Source: Corallochytrium limacisporum Hawaii
Taxonomy: Eukaryota > Protista > Pluriformea
Direction: 5' to 3'
DNA: 64,000 bases
Assembly (NCBI GenBank): GCA_002811645.1
Contig: PDIP01000020.1
Span: 1 to 64,000 of the forward strand
The notes below the pieces were generated by a model, which saw only the letters and a program-made list of their open reading frames with translations, ran no database searches and was not told where the DNA came from. Position 1 is the first letter of the stretch. Every line of letters begins with the position of its first letter. The translations under genes were made by a program, and so were the position numbers. Below, one piece after another: positions 11,531 through 22,202 of this stretch.

Positions 11531-12959
11531 CTCGCTCGCTCGCTCCCCAGAGGCCCAAGGACCCTCCTCTGCCTCCCTCCAGGAAACAAAAAAAAAGAAA
11601 AAGAAAGAAAAAGGAGACCGATGGCGAAACGTACCAAATACACCCTCGCTTTCGCCATCGTGTGCCCACCACCAGTCTCACCGCACACCCAACGGGCATC
11701 TTGCCGTCCAAACGCTTCCGGGGCTCCCGAAACCTTCCCTCCTTGTCTCGCTCTCCCCTGTGTGTGTGTGTGTGTCTCTCTCTCTCTCGCTCTGTGTCTG
11801 TGTTGTCTGGCCTGGCCGGGCGGTGTGATCGCGGTGAGTAAAAATACAGAGAACGAAAACGAAGGAAACAAAGAACTAAAAAATTTAGAAGAAAACGACA
11901 CAGAAATAATGAAGGAGAGGAAAAACAAGGGAAAAAAGGAACTGGAATAGAAAGAAACTTGCGGTCCAGTCAGTCTGCGAGAAGAACATGTCCTATTGGC
12001 AGCAAAGCGAATGGATTGGATGGGCAGAAGAAAAAAAAATTAAGGGCGTCTATTATACGGAGAGATCATCAATCAATGGACGGCCATCCATCCCATCTCC
12101 GGTGCTGGGCCCAGCTTAGCAGTTGTGGTGGGGTGGCGCCCGGGGGGGGGGGAGTAGGGGTTTATGTTTTGGGCGCCGAACCAGCGTAAAAAAGAAAACG
12201 GTTTCGTTCGGAGGGGGTTGAGTACCCGAAACCCCCCCCACCTCCGGCCCCTGGGGAGGTGGTGGGGTGCGTGGAGCAAGTAGCAAGACAAGGGCAAAAA
12301 GGAAAGAAAATAAATGCGAAAAGTAATAAAGGAAGAAAAAATACAAGAAACAAAAAAAAAGAGGCGCCAGTTTTGGTGCCTTCCTTCGCCTTTTCTTCTT
12401 GTTTAGGGTCTTTTTGCGGGGCTTGTGTTGGGGAGACGGAACTGTGGAGATTCGCGTCGCCTCTTTGGCCAAAGCCGCTGCTTTTGCCCTTCCGCCGAAA
12501 GGCAAGGGAAGGGAAGGGGGAGAGGCGGTTGTGAAGGCTTTGCTGAGATACACAGAGAAAGAAAGTGAAAAAAAAAGAAGGCGCAAAAAAAAAAGGGAAA
12601 ACGGAGCCCAAAGAAAAAAGAGGGAGAGAGAGAGAGGGGTAAAGTGAGAACAGTGTGCCACCAACCCCCCCTCCCTCCCTTCCCTCCCTAGCCCAACCGT
12701 CTGCTGTCCGGCCATACCAAAGCTCCCTCTCTCTCCCTCCCGTGCGGCCCCAGCGGGGAGGGGGGGTGGGCGCTCTTCGGGTGAGATAAATTGCAAAGGA
12801 AAAAAGAAGAAGCAAAGGAGAAGGAAAATAAAGGAAGAGAAAAAAAAAGTGCTGAAACAAAGGGGCCAAGTTGGCAGTGCACGTCCGGTTCAACAAAAAA
12901 CCGCCAGTCCGCGCTCTCTCGCTCTCCCTCTCTCTCACTCTCTCTTTCTCTATGCACGT

Positions 12960-12993
<34 letters not shown>
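10788..12993. repeat. Microsatellite and low-complexity cluster upstream of B56, including (CT)26 at 11477-11528, (GT)n, (CA)n and poly-A/T/G/C runs
   Basis: Dinucleotide and homopolymer runs are directly visible. Confidence 0.95.
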
Positions 12994-13665
12994 TTAGGCG
13001 CAGCAGGAGCCGCCGCGAGCAGGGCCAGAATGGCTTTGTATCGATTTTCTCCGGACCACAGGGGGGCGCAGCTGCTGGCCAGTGTATCGCACTACGTGCT
13101 CAGAGGTGGACAAGGAGCCGTCATCGGAATATTCTGAACTTATGGGCCTTAGATTGTGCGAACACAATGGAATTCAATTTCGATACAGGCCCATGTTTCG
13201 AATCAACGGGTGCGTCGATGGCTCAGGAACACCCAATTATAAGGATGCTTATCCTGGTAGTTCAGGAAGATATGTTTACAAGTTAGTTCAGAGCCACACC
13301 GTTTCAAAGCCCAAGAACGTTCGTTTAATAGCAACGGTGTATGTATTACATTTATAAGCAGTAGTTCATTCTCGGGTCATTGTAAACTGTTGTGCGATGT
13401 GCACAATATGGGATCACTAGAAACTTGTTTGTGAATCTATTGCTGATTGAGACGCGTCCGATCAGGTAGTCTCGGTACAACATAGGACTGATCTCGAGAA
13501 ACAGAAGACTCGCAAGTGTTGTGTGAGACACCTCTGCAGCTAAGCAAGGAGTCAACAGAAACACACACTACAAGAGGAGTTCTTCACAGAGCTTTCATTT
13601 ATCAATTTATCATTACGGGAAGGAGGTGCCAGAATATTTGAATCCTTTTAGGAATTGGCAGTATC

Positions 13666-15438
13666 ATGAAGTCTGTTACGCACAGTCTGAAGACGAAATT
13701 CGGCGGCAGTACCCGACGGGACAAAGACAAAGACAAGTCAAAGGACAAAAAGGACAAAAACAAGTCGGGGTCCGGCAGTGCCCCACAGTCACCTATGTCA
13801 GGCAACGGGCAGACTGCTCCTCCTCAGGTCCAGGTGGAGATTACGGACCCTGCCTCTTATGGCAGTAGCAACGCTGGCATTGGCGCAGACTCGCACAGAG
13901 ACTCTGCACCTGATCCACAACAGCTCAAGCTTGAGGTAGAAAAAGGTGCCTCCATGGCGGCGCAGATGCCTGGCAAGACTGTCGTGCAAAAATCAGACCT
14001 GCCACTGGCCAAGCCACCGAAGCGCCAGGTAAGTAGTCGTTTCTTCCGCACTGGCCAGCGAGAGATTCAGAAAACTCCAGCATTCCGTGATGTGCAGCCT
14101 AGCGAGCGCAGTGATCTATTGGTGCGGAAACTACAGGAGTGCTCCATCACATTTGACTTCACCGATGCTTTGAGCGATCTGAAGGGTAAGGAAATTAAGA
14201 GGGCAACGCTAAACGAACTGGTGGATTATGTCACAAACAATCGGGGTGTGATTACAGAGCAAGTTTACCCAGAGGCGCTTGCCATGTTTAGTGCGAACCT
14301 ATTTCGTGTTCTGCCACCCCCCTCAACACAGAACGGCGAGGTGTTCGATCCGGAGGAAGATGAGCCTGCCCTGGAGGCTGCATGGCCGCATCTGCAGATC
14401 GTATACGAGTACTTCCTGCGGTTCATTGAGAGCAATGACTTCCAGCCTAACATTGCCAAGAAGTACATTGATCCGTCTTTCATTACCAATTTATTGGCTC
14501 TCTTCGACAGTGAAGATCCCCGTGAGCGCGACTTCCTGAAGACCACACTGCATCGCATCTACGGAAAGTTCTTGACACTGCGTGCATTTGTTCGGCGGTC
14601 GATCAACAATATCTTCTACGAGTTTATTTACGAGAAGGAAAGGCACAACGGTATTGCAGAGTTGCTGGAAATTTTGGGCAGTATCATCAACGGCTTCGCA
14701 CTGCCGCTGAAGGAAGAGCACAAGACTTTCCTCATGCGGGTATTGATCCCTCTGCACAAGTGTCGGTCATTAGCACTCTATCACCCCCAACTTGCGTACT
14801 GTGTTGTACAATTCTTAGAAAAGGATCCGACCCTCACGGAGCCCGTGGTGCTTGGCTTGCTCAAGTACTGGCCCAAGACGAATAGTCCAAAGGAGGTCAT
14901 GTTCTTGAATGAGATTGAGGAGATCCTGGATGTAATTGAACCAAATGAATTCCAAAAGATCCAGGTGCCCCTATTCCAGCAGCTGGCGCGGTGTGTTTCA
15001 AGCCCGCACTTCCAAGTGGCTGAGAGGGCTCTCTACTTCTGGAACAACGAGTACATTATGTCTCTGATATCTGAGAACGGGGACGTGATCCTGCCCATCG
15101 TATTCAGCTCAATGTATAAGAACTCCAAGAGCCACTGGAACCGCACTATCCACGGTCTGATCTACAATGCGCTGAAATTGTTTATGGATATGAACCCCAA
15201 GTTGTTCGAGGAATGCACACAGAACTACAAGACGGAACGGCAGAGGGAGAAGAAGCAGTTCAAGGAGCGCGAGGAGTTGTGGCACAAGATTGAAGACTTG
15301 GCCCTGCAAGAGATTGAAAAGAAGGACGAACCCGAGAAGTTTGCGATTAGTAAGATGCAAAAAACGCACCGGTCGGATCTCAGCTTACTCGGCGATGACG
15401 AAGACGAGATTGCGCATATGGTACGGAATCATCTTTAA
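13666..15438 (+). CDS. PPP2R5: PP2A regulatory subunit B56/B' (Rts1/PPP2R5)
   Basis: [82 protein letters not shown]. Confidence 0.97.
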   Translation: MKSVTHSLKTKFGGSTRRDKDKDKSKDKKDKNKSGSGSAPQSPMSGNGQTAPPQVQVEITDPASYGSSNAGIGADSHRDSAPDPQQLKLEVEKGASMAAQMPGKTVVQKSDLPLAKPPKRQVSSRFFRTGQREIQKTPAFRDVQPSERSDLLVRKLQECSITFDFTDALSDLKGKEIKRATLNELVDYVTNNRGVITEQVYPEALAMFSANLFRVLPPPSTQNGEVFDPEEDEPALEAAWPHLQIVYEYFLRFIESNDFQPNIAKKYIDPSFITNLLALFDSEDPRERDFLKTTLHRIYGKFLTLRAFVRRSINNIFYEFIYEKERHNGIAELLEILGSIINGFALPLKEEHKTFLMRVLIPLHKCRSLALYHPQLAYCVVQFLEKDPTLTEPVVLGLLKYWPKTNSPKEVMFLNEIEEILDVIEPNEFQKIQVPLFQQLARCVSSPHFQVAERALYFWNNEYIMSLISENGDVILPIVFSSMYKNSKSHWNRTIHGLIYNALKLFMDMNPKLFEECTQNYKTERQREKKQFKEREELWHKIEDLALQEIEKKDEPEKFAISKMQKTHRSDLSLLGDDEDEIAHMVRNHL

Positions 15439-15721
15439 GGTTGGTCAACGCATGATCTAGCATGGTCTCCTTTATAAATCCACACCATCCGAAGGCCCGG
15501 AACTGAAACTTATCAACATGAAAACCCATAAAAAACACTCTTAGGAATTCAAAAACGGAAGGGCAGAATCGTCTCCTGTTGATATGTTTTTATGTACATG
15601 GTACTGCTTTCTGAGTTTATTTGTAAGTTCACGCGGCGACCGGCAACTTCCAAAACACCTGTGCAGTCCAAGTCAAGGGCACTGATGGTTGTTCTTCAAT
15701 TCTCCAAACCCGTTTTCGATC

Positions 15722-16765
15722 TTACGTGAGCACATAGGGGAATGGCCGGCTCACGCTCGCAGGCTGGTTCGCCTGCAGGGCCACAAAGATGACCAAAATG
15801 TTGGCCAGCATCATAGCAATGATAACAAACGGACTCGTGGTGCTGGACTGTGTGGCAGCGCTTGTTGTGGTTGAGCTGCTTCCAGAGCCGCGACTCATGG
15901 CAATAAACTCTTCCTTGCTCATGCCCGCCGTGGCCGCAGCCAGACGGTCAACGGCGTCTCGGGCCTGCGTGGCCACGTCACTGCTGCGACCTGCCTCCAG
16001 GGTGAGACGCTCAATTTTCGATTTGAGATTCTCAACGTCGCGTCCTTTGGTCTCAAGATCGCGCTGCAGCATACCATAGCCTTGCTTAAGACTTTCAAGC
16101 TCAACCTTGACGTTCAGAATCTCCTTGACGTTGTGTTCCACAGTTTCCAATCGGCGCAGCAGTTCCCGACGCTTTTCGTCCTCAAAGCTTCGACCGTGCT
16201 CCAGTTGACGCGTTAGGCTATCCATGCGCTCAATTGCAAAATTGACCTGTTCATCCACGTCATTGCGCAGGGCCTCTCTGTGCCGGAGGATCTCCTCGTT
16301 GACGGCGCCACCGGTAACAATGGCGGGGGATTCGTATGTGTAGGGACCGCTGGAGGTGCTCATGTGTGGTACAGACTGAGCAGAGGAATTGGTCAAGGCG
16401 CGCAGTGGCTTGCGGGCACTGGCTGGGGTGCCACCGATCGGTGTTGCATCGCGGGGTGCTGGCGAAGCCATGTTTGATTTGGAAGGGGTTCCCTGTCGTG
16501 AAGTTATCTTAGTTGGGGTGCGGTGTTCAGCATTGATGAAGTCTTCGTCCATGTACTGGTCTACGTCGGCATACAGGGCAGAAACAGGCATCTTTTCTTC
16601 CTCCATGTACCGACTAAATTTCTTTGTCGAGTTGTAAGCTGGCGTAGTCTGGTTGATCTCCCCAATTCGATACGGCCAGCCCCTGGCCTTGATTCCAGTA
16701 GCGAAACGTTTGCACGCCTCATTCAGAATGCATAAGCACATAAACTCGTGATCGTCAAATACCAT
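15722..16765 (-). CDS. Uncharacterised tail-anchored coiled-coil protein with D-box and CDK sites (true start may be M54 or M59)
   Basis: 347-codon ORF with TPTK and TPSK sites, RKPLRALTN, a long heptad region and a C-terminal TM (FVIIAMMLANILVIFVAL). Confidence 0.75.
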   Translation of the reverse strand: MVFDDHEFMCLCILNEACKRFATGIKARGWPYRIGEINQTTPAYNSTKKFSRYMEEEKMPVSALYADVDQYMDEDFINAEHRTPTKITSRQGTPSKSNMASPAPRDATPIGGTPASARKPLRALTNSSAQSVPHMSTSSGPYTYESPAIVTGGAVNEEILRHREALRNDVDEQVNFAIERMDSLTRQLEHGRSFEDEKRRELLRRLETVEHNVKEILNVKVELESLKQGYGMLQRDLETKGRDVENLKSKIERLTLEAGRSSDVATQARDAVDRLAAATAGMSKEEFIAMSRGSGSSSTTTSAATQSSTTSPFVIIAMMLANILVIFVALQANQPASVSRPFPYVLT

Positions 16766-17318
16766 TCCTCACTCAATGAGTGGGAACGCGTAAACTCGAA
16801 GGGCAACCACGCAGGTTTCACAACACAAAAAAAAACGTCATCCCCACTTTCCAACGCTTACCCACCGCGCGATCAATGCTTTGCTTACCGCTGGCTGGCT
16901 GGCGCCCCCGGGTCAGTGGCCACCCCCCTGTCCCTGCCGTGCGTCCCCTCCACCTCCCACCATCCCTTCCTCACCTCACCCGGCCAAGAATATGGCGCGT
17001 AATTTTTTTTCCCATTTCTCGGCCCCCAACCCCCCTCCCCCTTTTTCTCTCTTACGCTCCGCGGCCCACAATAAAAATCATTTAAGATATAGCCGTATAT
17101 AAAATGACACCGGGCTGCCAGGTGCGGGCAAAGGCCGCTCTGCAAAAGGGGTCCGTCCACCCTGCTCCTCCCAAGCGGTTAGGTTTTCCATGGGCATGGA
17201 ATGAGGCTGGTTTGTGCGGTTATCAGTAGGTGCTCGTGCGCAGGTAGGAAAGGAGTGACAGTTTTCGAATCGACGACCCTTAGCTGTGCACGTAAGTGAT
17301 AGATACAGTATGTGAAGA

Positions 17319-17549
17319 ATGACGAAAGAAGAGTCAAGTGCGCAGTCTGACAAGGACTGCCTGGCCTGTCGCCTAACGGGATTTACTGTCTTGTCAGGAT
17401 GCGGTGCATATGTCGCCAAGGGAGCATTTGATCACCCAGCGGGTTCGACAAACAGAAGATTTGGGTTTGTACTTGCTGCAGGACTTGTCACGCTGGGTGT
17501 GGCAAGGTTGTTGACTCGTAATGACCAGATAATCACCGTCAAGGACTGA
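17319..17549 (+). CDS. DMAC1: DMAC1/DUF4536-like small mitochondrial membrane protein
   Basis: DCLACRLTG..LSGCGAYV motif followed by a second hydrophobic helix ending LGVARL. Confidence 0.75.
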   Translation: MTKEESSAQSDKDCLACRLTGFTVLSGCGAYVAKGAFDHPAGSTNRRFGFVLAAGLVTLGVARLLTRNDQIITVKD

Positions 17550-17770
17550 ATTCTGAATTGTACAATAGTTAAAGAAATGTTCCAAAAAAAAATAAAGAAG
17601 AGTTTTGTCGTATTAAAAATGCATTTACATGTTTATGTGTGTGTATAATACTATGGGCAGCAATGGAAGATCTGCGAAAGTTAATAATGATGATGCTAGA
17701 TGATTGAAGAACGCAGGCTCATACGCTAATATTGAGTGGGCGGCCAATCGAGCCAGTCGCTTGTTTTAGC

Positions 17771-19126
17771 TTATTCCTTGGCGTAGCTGTCCAGATTGTA
17801 CTCCTTCTCCCACTTCTTGATATGCGCAAGCATTTCCTCCTCCTGCTCCACGAGGAGGGGAGTCTTCTCATCGTAGACCTCGGAGAACAAATGCTTGATG
17901 GCCGGCTTCTTCTTCTTCTCAGCCTTAGCAAACGCCTTCAAGATGGCCTTGCGAGACTCGTTCTTAAATTCCTTCTCTTTCTCGTCGTCCCAGAGTCCCC
18001 TGCTTTCCAGATGAGCCTTCATACGTGCAATGGGATGGTCCTCCTTGTCCCAGTAGTTGACCTCCTGGAGAGAACGGTATGCACTGGAGTCATCGGAGGT
18101 GGAATGATGACCGATGCGGTAAGTCATGGCCTCGATGAGCACAGGGCGGGACTCAGTCAGGGCAATCTCACGAGCCTTCTTGGTGGCGTTGAAGACGGCG
18201 AAGACATCGTTACCATCGACACGGATGGTCTTGATGCCGTAGCCGGGACCACGGGCGGCAATACCGTCGCCACGGTATTGGTCCACAGTAGGGGTTGAGA
18301 TGGCATAGCCATTGTTACGGCAGAAGAAGATCACCGGGGCCTCCAGAGTGGCAGCAAAATTCAGAGCGGCATGAGCATCACCCTCAGATGCAGCACCCTC
18401 ACCGAAGTAGCAAATGCACACGCGGTTCTCTTGCTTGGTCTTGAATGCGTAGGCCATACCGGCAGCCTGGGGCATCTGAGTGGCGAGCGGAGAGCTAATG
18501 GTCTGGAAGTTCAGCGTCTTGGAACCGTAGTGGACGGGCATCTGCCTTCCCTTGGCAGGGTCGCGCTCGTTGCTGTAGCACTGGTCCATGAAGTCGTCCA
18601 ACTGGAATCCACGCCACATGAGGACACCTGCCTCACGGTACTGGCCGTAGACCATGTCCTCGGCCTCCAGGGCGGCAGCACTGCCAATGTGGGTGGCCTC
18701 CTCACCGTAGTTGGTCATGTAGAAAGAGATACGCCCCTGGCGCTGGCTTTCGTACAGAATGTGGTCCATGATGTTGAGGCGACCCATGTCCGTGTACATC
18801 TTGAGAAGAAACTCGTCACTCAATTTGGGGTCCTGATCTTCCTTAATGATGTTTCCCTGGCGGTCCATCACACGGTAGCAAGGGATGGCATCATGGTCCT
18901 CGGGCTCCCACACAGCCAGATCGTTGACGACACGGCTGCGCGCACCTGGGAACATTGTTTCCTCTTCTGCAGCTTGTTGCCTACGGAACGAAGTGGTGTG
19001 GAAGGGCTGCACGCGTACGTTGAAGGCCACAGCGCTGACCTTGGGTGCCTGTGAGCGCATCACAGCACCACTGCGCAGGGCCAGAGATGCAACTCCCCGA
19101 ACGGTAGTAGAACGAAGTGCCCACAT
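17771..19126 (-). CDS. BCKDHA: Branched-chain 2-oxoacid dehydrogenase E1 alpha, mitochondrial
   Basis: Arg/Ser-rich presequence, [29 protein letters not shown] motif GEGAASEGD, phospho-loop [12 protein letters not shown]. Confidence 0.98.
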   Translation of the reverse strand: MWALRSTTVRGVASLALRSGAVMRSQAPKVSAVAFNVRVQPFHTTSFRRQQAAEEETMFPGARSRVVNDLAVWEPEDHDAIPCYRVMDRQGNIIKEDQDPKLSDEFLLKMYTDMGRLNIMDHILYESQRQGRISFYMTNYGEEATHIGSAAALEAEDMVYGQYREAGVLMWRGFQLDDFMDQCYSNERDPAKGRQMPVHYGSKTLNFQTISSPLATQMPQAAGMAYAFKTKQENRVCICYFGEGAASEGDAHAALNFAATLEAPVIFFCRNNGYAISTPTVDQYRGDGIAARGPGYGIKTIRVDGNDVFAVFNATKKAREIALTESRPVLIEAMTYRIGHHSTSDDSSAYRSLQEVNYWDKEDHPIARMKAHLESRGLWDDEKEKEFKNESRKAILKAFAKAEKKKKPAIKHLFSEVYDEKTPLLVEQEEEMLAHIKKWEKEYNLDSYAKE

Positions 19127-20292
19127 GATCGATGGATTTGCAATTTAATACTAAATTGAACGTTCCCTTAAGTTCAAACTTAAACGTTAGAGACGCTTCG
19201 ATTGTAAGCACCGACTGTGACACGATATCTCACGACTGAAATAGCTATGGAATTGTTCATATGCACGATCGAAGTCACGATCTGACGGACACCCCAGGCT
19301 GTTCCATCTCTTCACGGAAACGAGGCCTATTTGAAAGTGTGTGTGTAATATATTTCTCTAAAAAAAACACCGCAAGGGCTCCCTCAAAGTGCAGTTGGGA
19401 ACGCTCTCAACAATAGTGTGGGTTCGAGCCTTCAGGCGAAATCACCCGAAAGGTCCTCGCCCGCTCTGAACCCTTCCTCACGAACTGTGTGTGCACCGGC
19501 CAGGTCATCTCTCCATCTGAGCACAACAAATGCCGCCGATGCCAGCGCCCTACCGTTCTTCCCACAGAGGAGCAGGATTGTGCCGGCTCGTGGTAGTGAA
19601 AGTACTGCAACTAGTTGGACCAAAATCGGACTCGCGGGGTGTGTGTGTGGAGGATTCGGTCCACGTCGTAGCAAACGAAGGAACTGGCGACCCAGGATAC
19701 CTCACACCTATATCTGCTCAATATATTGTACACCGTTCAGATATGATATGTGTGTACATTCGCCACAGCAATGGCTGCTCGAAACCGGACCACACGACTG
19801 CGCATCTTTTCGAAAGTTTACTGCGCAGTGTTGGAGAAAAAGGCGGAGGGCGGAATTTCTCACTGACGAGTGCTCCAAAACAATCGAAAGAATGAAACTA
19901 AACAAAATTGGCATCACGCACTCAAAAATGTTCCCGCAGTATATTCAGTATGGAAGTGCCGCGGGTGCTGTGAGATTTTCCCACCCCGCGTTGGAGAAGG
20001 GTCGCTCGGGTGTAGAACAAGCACAGGGCAGCACACCTCCCACATGCGCCTCGGTCACCACCGCCAGCCGTTCTGCCATAGTACTAAACATACTGGTGTT
20101 GAGATTTATTCTCTGTTGGGCCCTGACTATACCTGGCCTGGGGTCGCGGGACGGAAGAGCCACAATCCTGGACCGGGTGGGAAAATGGAACGGGCTCTAC
20201 ACTTGCCCACCGAACTGCGGCACAGAGTCTATATAGCAAGAGGCACAAACTGTCTAGCCGCGTGAATGAAATACCACAGGGAAGGAAGGGGG

Positions 20293-20511
20293 NNNNNNNN
20301 NNNNNNNNNNNNNNNNNNNNNNNNNNNNNNNNNNNNNNNNNNNNNNNNNNNNNNNNNNNNNNNNNNNNNNNNNNNNNNNNNNNNNNNNNNNNNNNNNNNN
20401 NNNNNNNNNNNNNNNNNNNNNNNNNNNNNNNNNNNNNNNNNNNNNNNNNNNNNNNNNNNNNNNNNNNNNNNNNNNNNNNNNNNNNNNNNNNNNNNNNNNN
20501 NNNNNNNNNNN
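20293..20511. other. Assembly gap (N run)
   Basis: Run of n bases, flanked by G runs. Confidence 1.
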
Positions 20512-20952
20512 GGGCAGCAGAAGCAAGTCGGCCTCGGGTCGAATAGAGAGTCCAGTCGAGCTGTTGCCGAACCGTCCGTACAATCCTTATAAATCTAAAT
20601 CTACGATTGTAAACTATGCGCTTTTGATTATATTACTGGTTGTCATTTTGCGAATATTTTTAAGTACATGTACCTTTTCAAATCAAAATCATTATATTTT
20701 TTCAGTGGTATTCTAAGTGAATATAAGTAGAGGGGAATATACAACTTTAGATTTCAATCAAAATGGGAATGACAGGGCAGGAAGCTTAAACGCGCCCAGT
20801 TCCCTCGGAGGGAAGCAAAGAAAGGGTCATAGACTTCCTGCTTGGTTATTTCTTGGCATGTGTTGCAGACATCGTTAGTCACAGCGACGAGTGTGATCTA
20901 ATTTATTGCGGTTGAAGAATGTGACACAGCAAAGGAAAGCAGAGCTGCCACC

Positions 20953-21555
20953 ATGCGTCGTGGTGTGCAGCGATACCGGGCAGGACAATTGCCGGCATAC
21001 GCAAGGAAACAGCAAGGAGGAGAGGCACCGCAGTCATCACAGTCAACGACACCATCCTCGAAACCTGACCTAGCTGATGAGGACAAGGATGAAGACAACG
21101 ATCTCCAAGTAGAATCAAGAGAGGTTCGACATGCTGAGAAGGAAAGCATGCCTGTGCCCAAGGCAATCCACCAGGATCCCGGACAAGAAGAAACACAGGC
21201 CAAGTCTGGGAAGCCAAGTGCCAAGCGAACCCATTCTGGAGCTTATAAATCCGATTCATCCGATGATGATGACCTCGCAAAATCATTTCGTCCTACTTTT
21301 CGGCGAAGAGTTGGGAGTACAATACAGGAGACTGCTCCCCAGGAAGCATCATCTTCTCAGAAAGATCAGGTAGCCACGCGGATTCTGAGGGACACCCTTA
21401 ACCGCGACCAGCAACTTAGTAAACCGGCTGGGGACTTAGTCGCTGCCTTACCGTCCACATCCGATGAGGATGAAGAGCAAGCTTATGCGGCCTGGAAAGA
21501 GAGAGAACTGGCCCGGTTGAAACGGGATCGGCTCGAGCGTATGCGAAGTAGCTGA
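20953..21555 (+). CDS. MFAP1: MFAP1/Spp381-like spliceosomal B-complex protein, C-terminally shortened
   Basis: VQRYRAGQLPAYA, FRPTFRRR and DEDEEQAYAAWKERELARLKRDR match the conserved MFAP1 blocks in the expected order. Confidence 0.8.
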   Translation: MRRGVQRYRAGQLPAYARKQQGGEAPQSSQSTTPSSKPDLADEDKDEDNDLQVESREVRHAEKESMPVPKAIHQDPGQEETQAKSGKPSAKRTHSGAYKSDSSDDDDLAKSFRPTFRRRVGSTIQETAPQEASSSQKDQVATRILRDTLNRDQQLSKPAGDLVAALPSTSDEDEEQAYAAWKERELARLKRDRLERMRSS

Positions 21556-21872
21556 AGTAATTGTGGCCAGGCCATAAAAATCGTATACTAAAGTCTTATA
21601 CTCGCATAATCTGAAATCGTCGTCTGGTTAGTTTTATTTTCCGGGATGTATTTTGAAATGGGGTTTCGCGTATAGCAAAGTATCGCGACTCCCAAGGTGT
21701 CAATTATTGATGTACCACAATTTTAAGACAGTTGGACAAAGGGTTCATATGGATGGCAATGGATGTAATAAGATGCTATGGTAAAGATGTGTTGATGGAT
21801 GATATGCTAATCTACAATAGAGGGTCCAGCTCTCCAGGAAGTTTTCTAGTTATACCCGAACAAGATTGTAAC

Positions 21873-22202
21873 TTAAACATTCTCTGAGACAGCTGCGTTA
21901 TCAACATCGTATGAGTCGGAAGTGCGGTACTTGTGGACAGCGAAACCAGCAGCACCAATGGTCACGACACCTGCAGCGGCGGCAATAAGACCAATGGCAG
22001 TGGCACTGAGGCCACCACTCGAGTCGCTGGTACCGTTACCTGTTGAAGCGGATGAGGACTCCGAGCTCATGATAAAAATATCGTCAACAGCGTGGGGCTC
22101 CAGGGCGGGAACCTGAACCATGGCCTGGTTAATAGGAGTGATGGCAGCTGCAGCCATGCCGGTGGCAGCAGCGACAGTGAAGAGGACAGCAGAGATCTTC
22201 AT
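21873..22202 (-). CDS. Small single-pass membrane protein (signal peptide, Ser-rich stalk, TM, short tail)
   Basis: Signal MKISAVLFTVAAATGMAAA; SSESSSASTGNGTSDSS stalk; TM GGLSATAIGLIAAAAGVVTIGAAGFAV followed by basic HKYR. Confidence 0.8.
   Translation of the reverse strand: MKISAVLFTVAAATGMAAAAITPINQAMVQVPALEPHAVDDIFIMSSESSSASTGNGTSDSSGGLSATAIGLIAAAAGVVTIGAAGFAVHKYRTSDSYDVDNAAVSENV

Noticed and set aside
10735-12997. Many 100-275 aa ORFs in the low-complexity region (likewise 42489-43517 and 59180-60057)
   Set aside because: Translations of microsatellites and homopolymers (ERER, SLSL, CVCV).
14029-14034. GTAAGT inside the B56 CDS (similarly near 62671)
   Set aside because: The frame is continuous across it and no matching branch point or acceptor is evident.
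19387-19435. A-box/B-box-like pair (GTGCAGTTGG ... GGTTCGAGCC); also GGTTCGAATC near 60197
   Set aside because: No anticodon arm or acceptor stem, and the T-stem does not pair; not a tRNA.
19418-20236. 272-codon ORF upstream of BCKDHA
   Set aside because: Non-ATG start, no recognisable motif, and it overlaps a promoter-like region.
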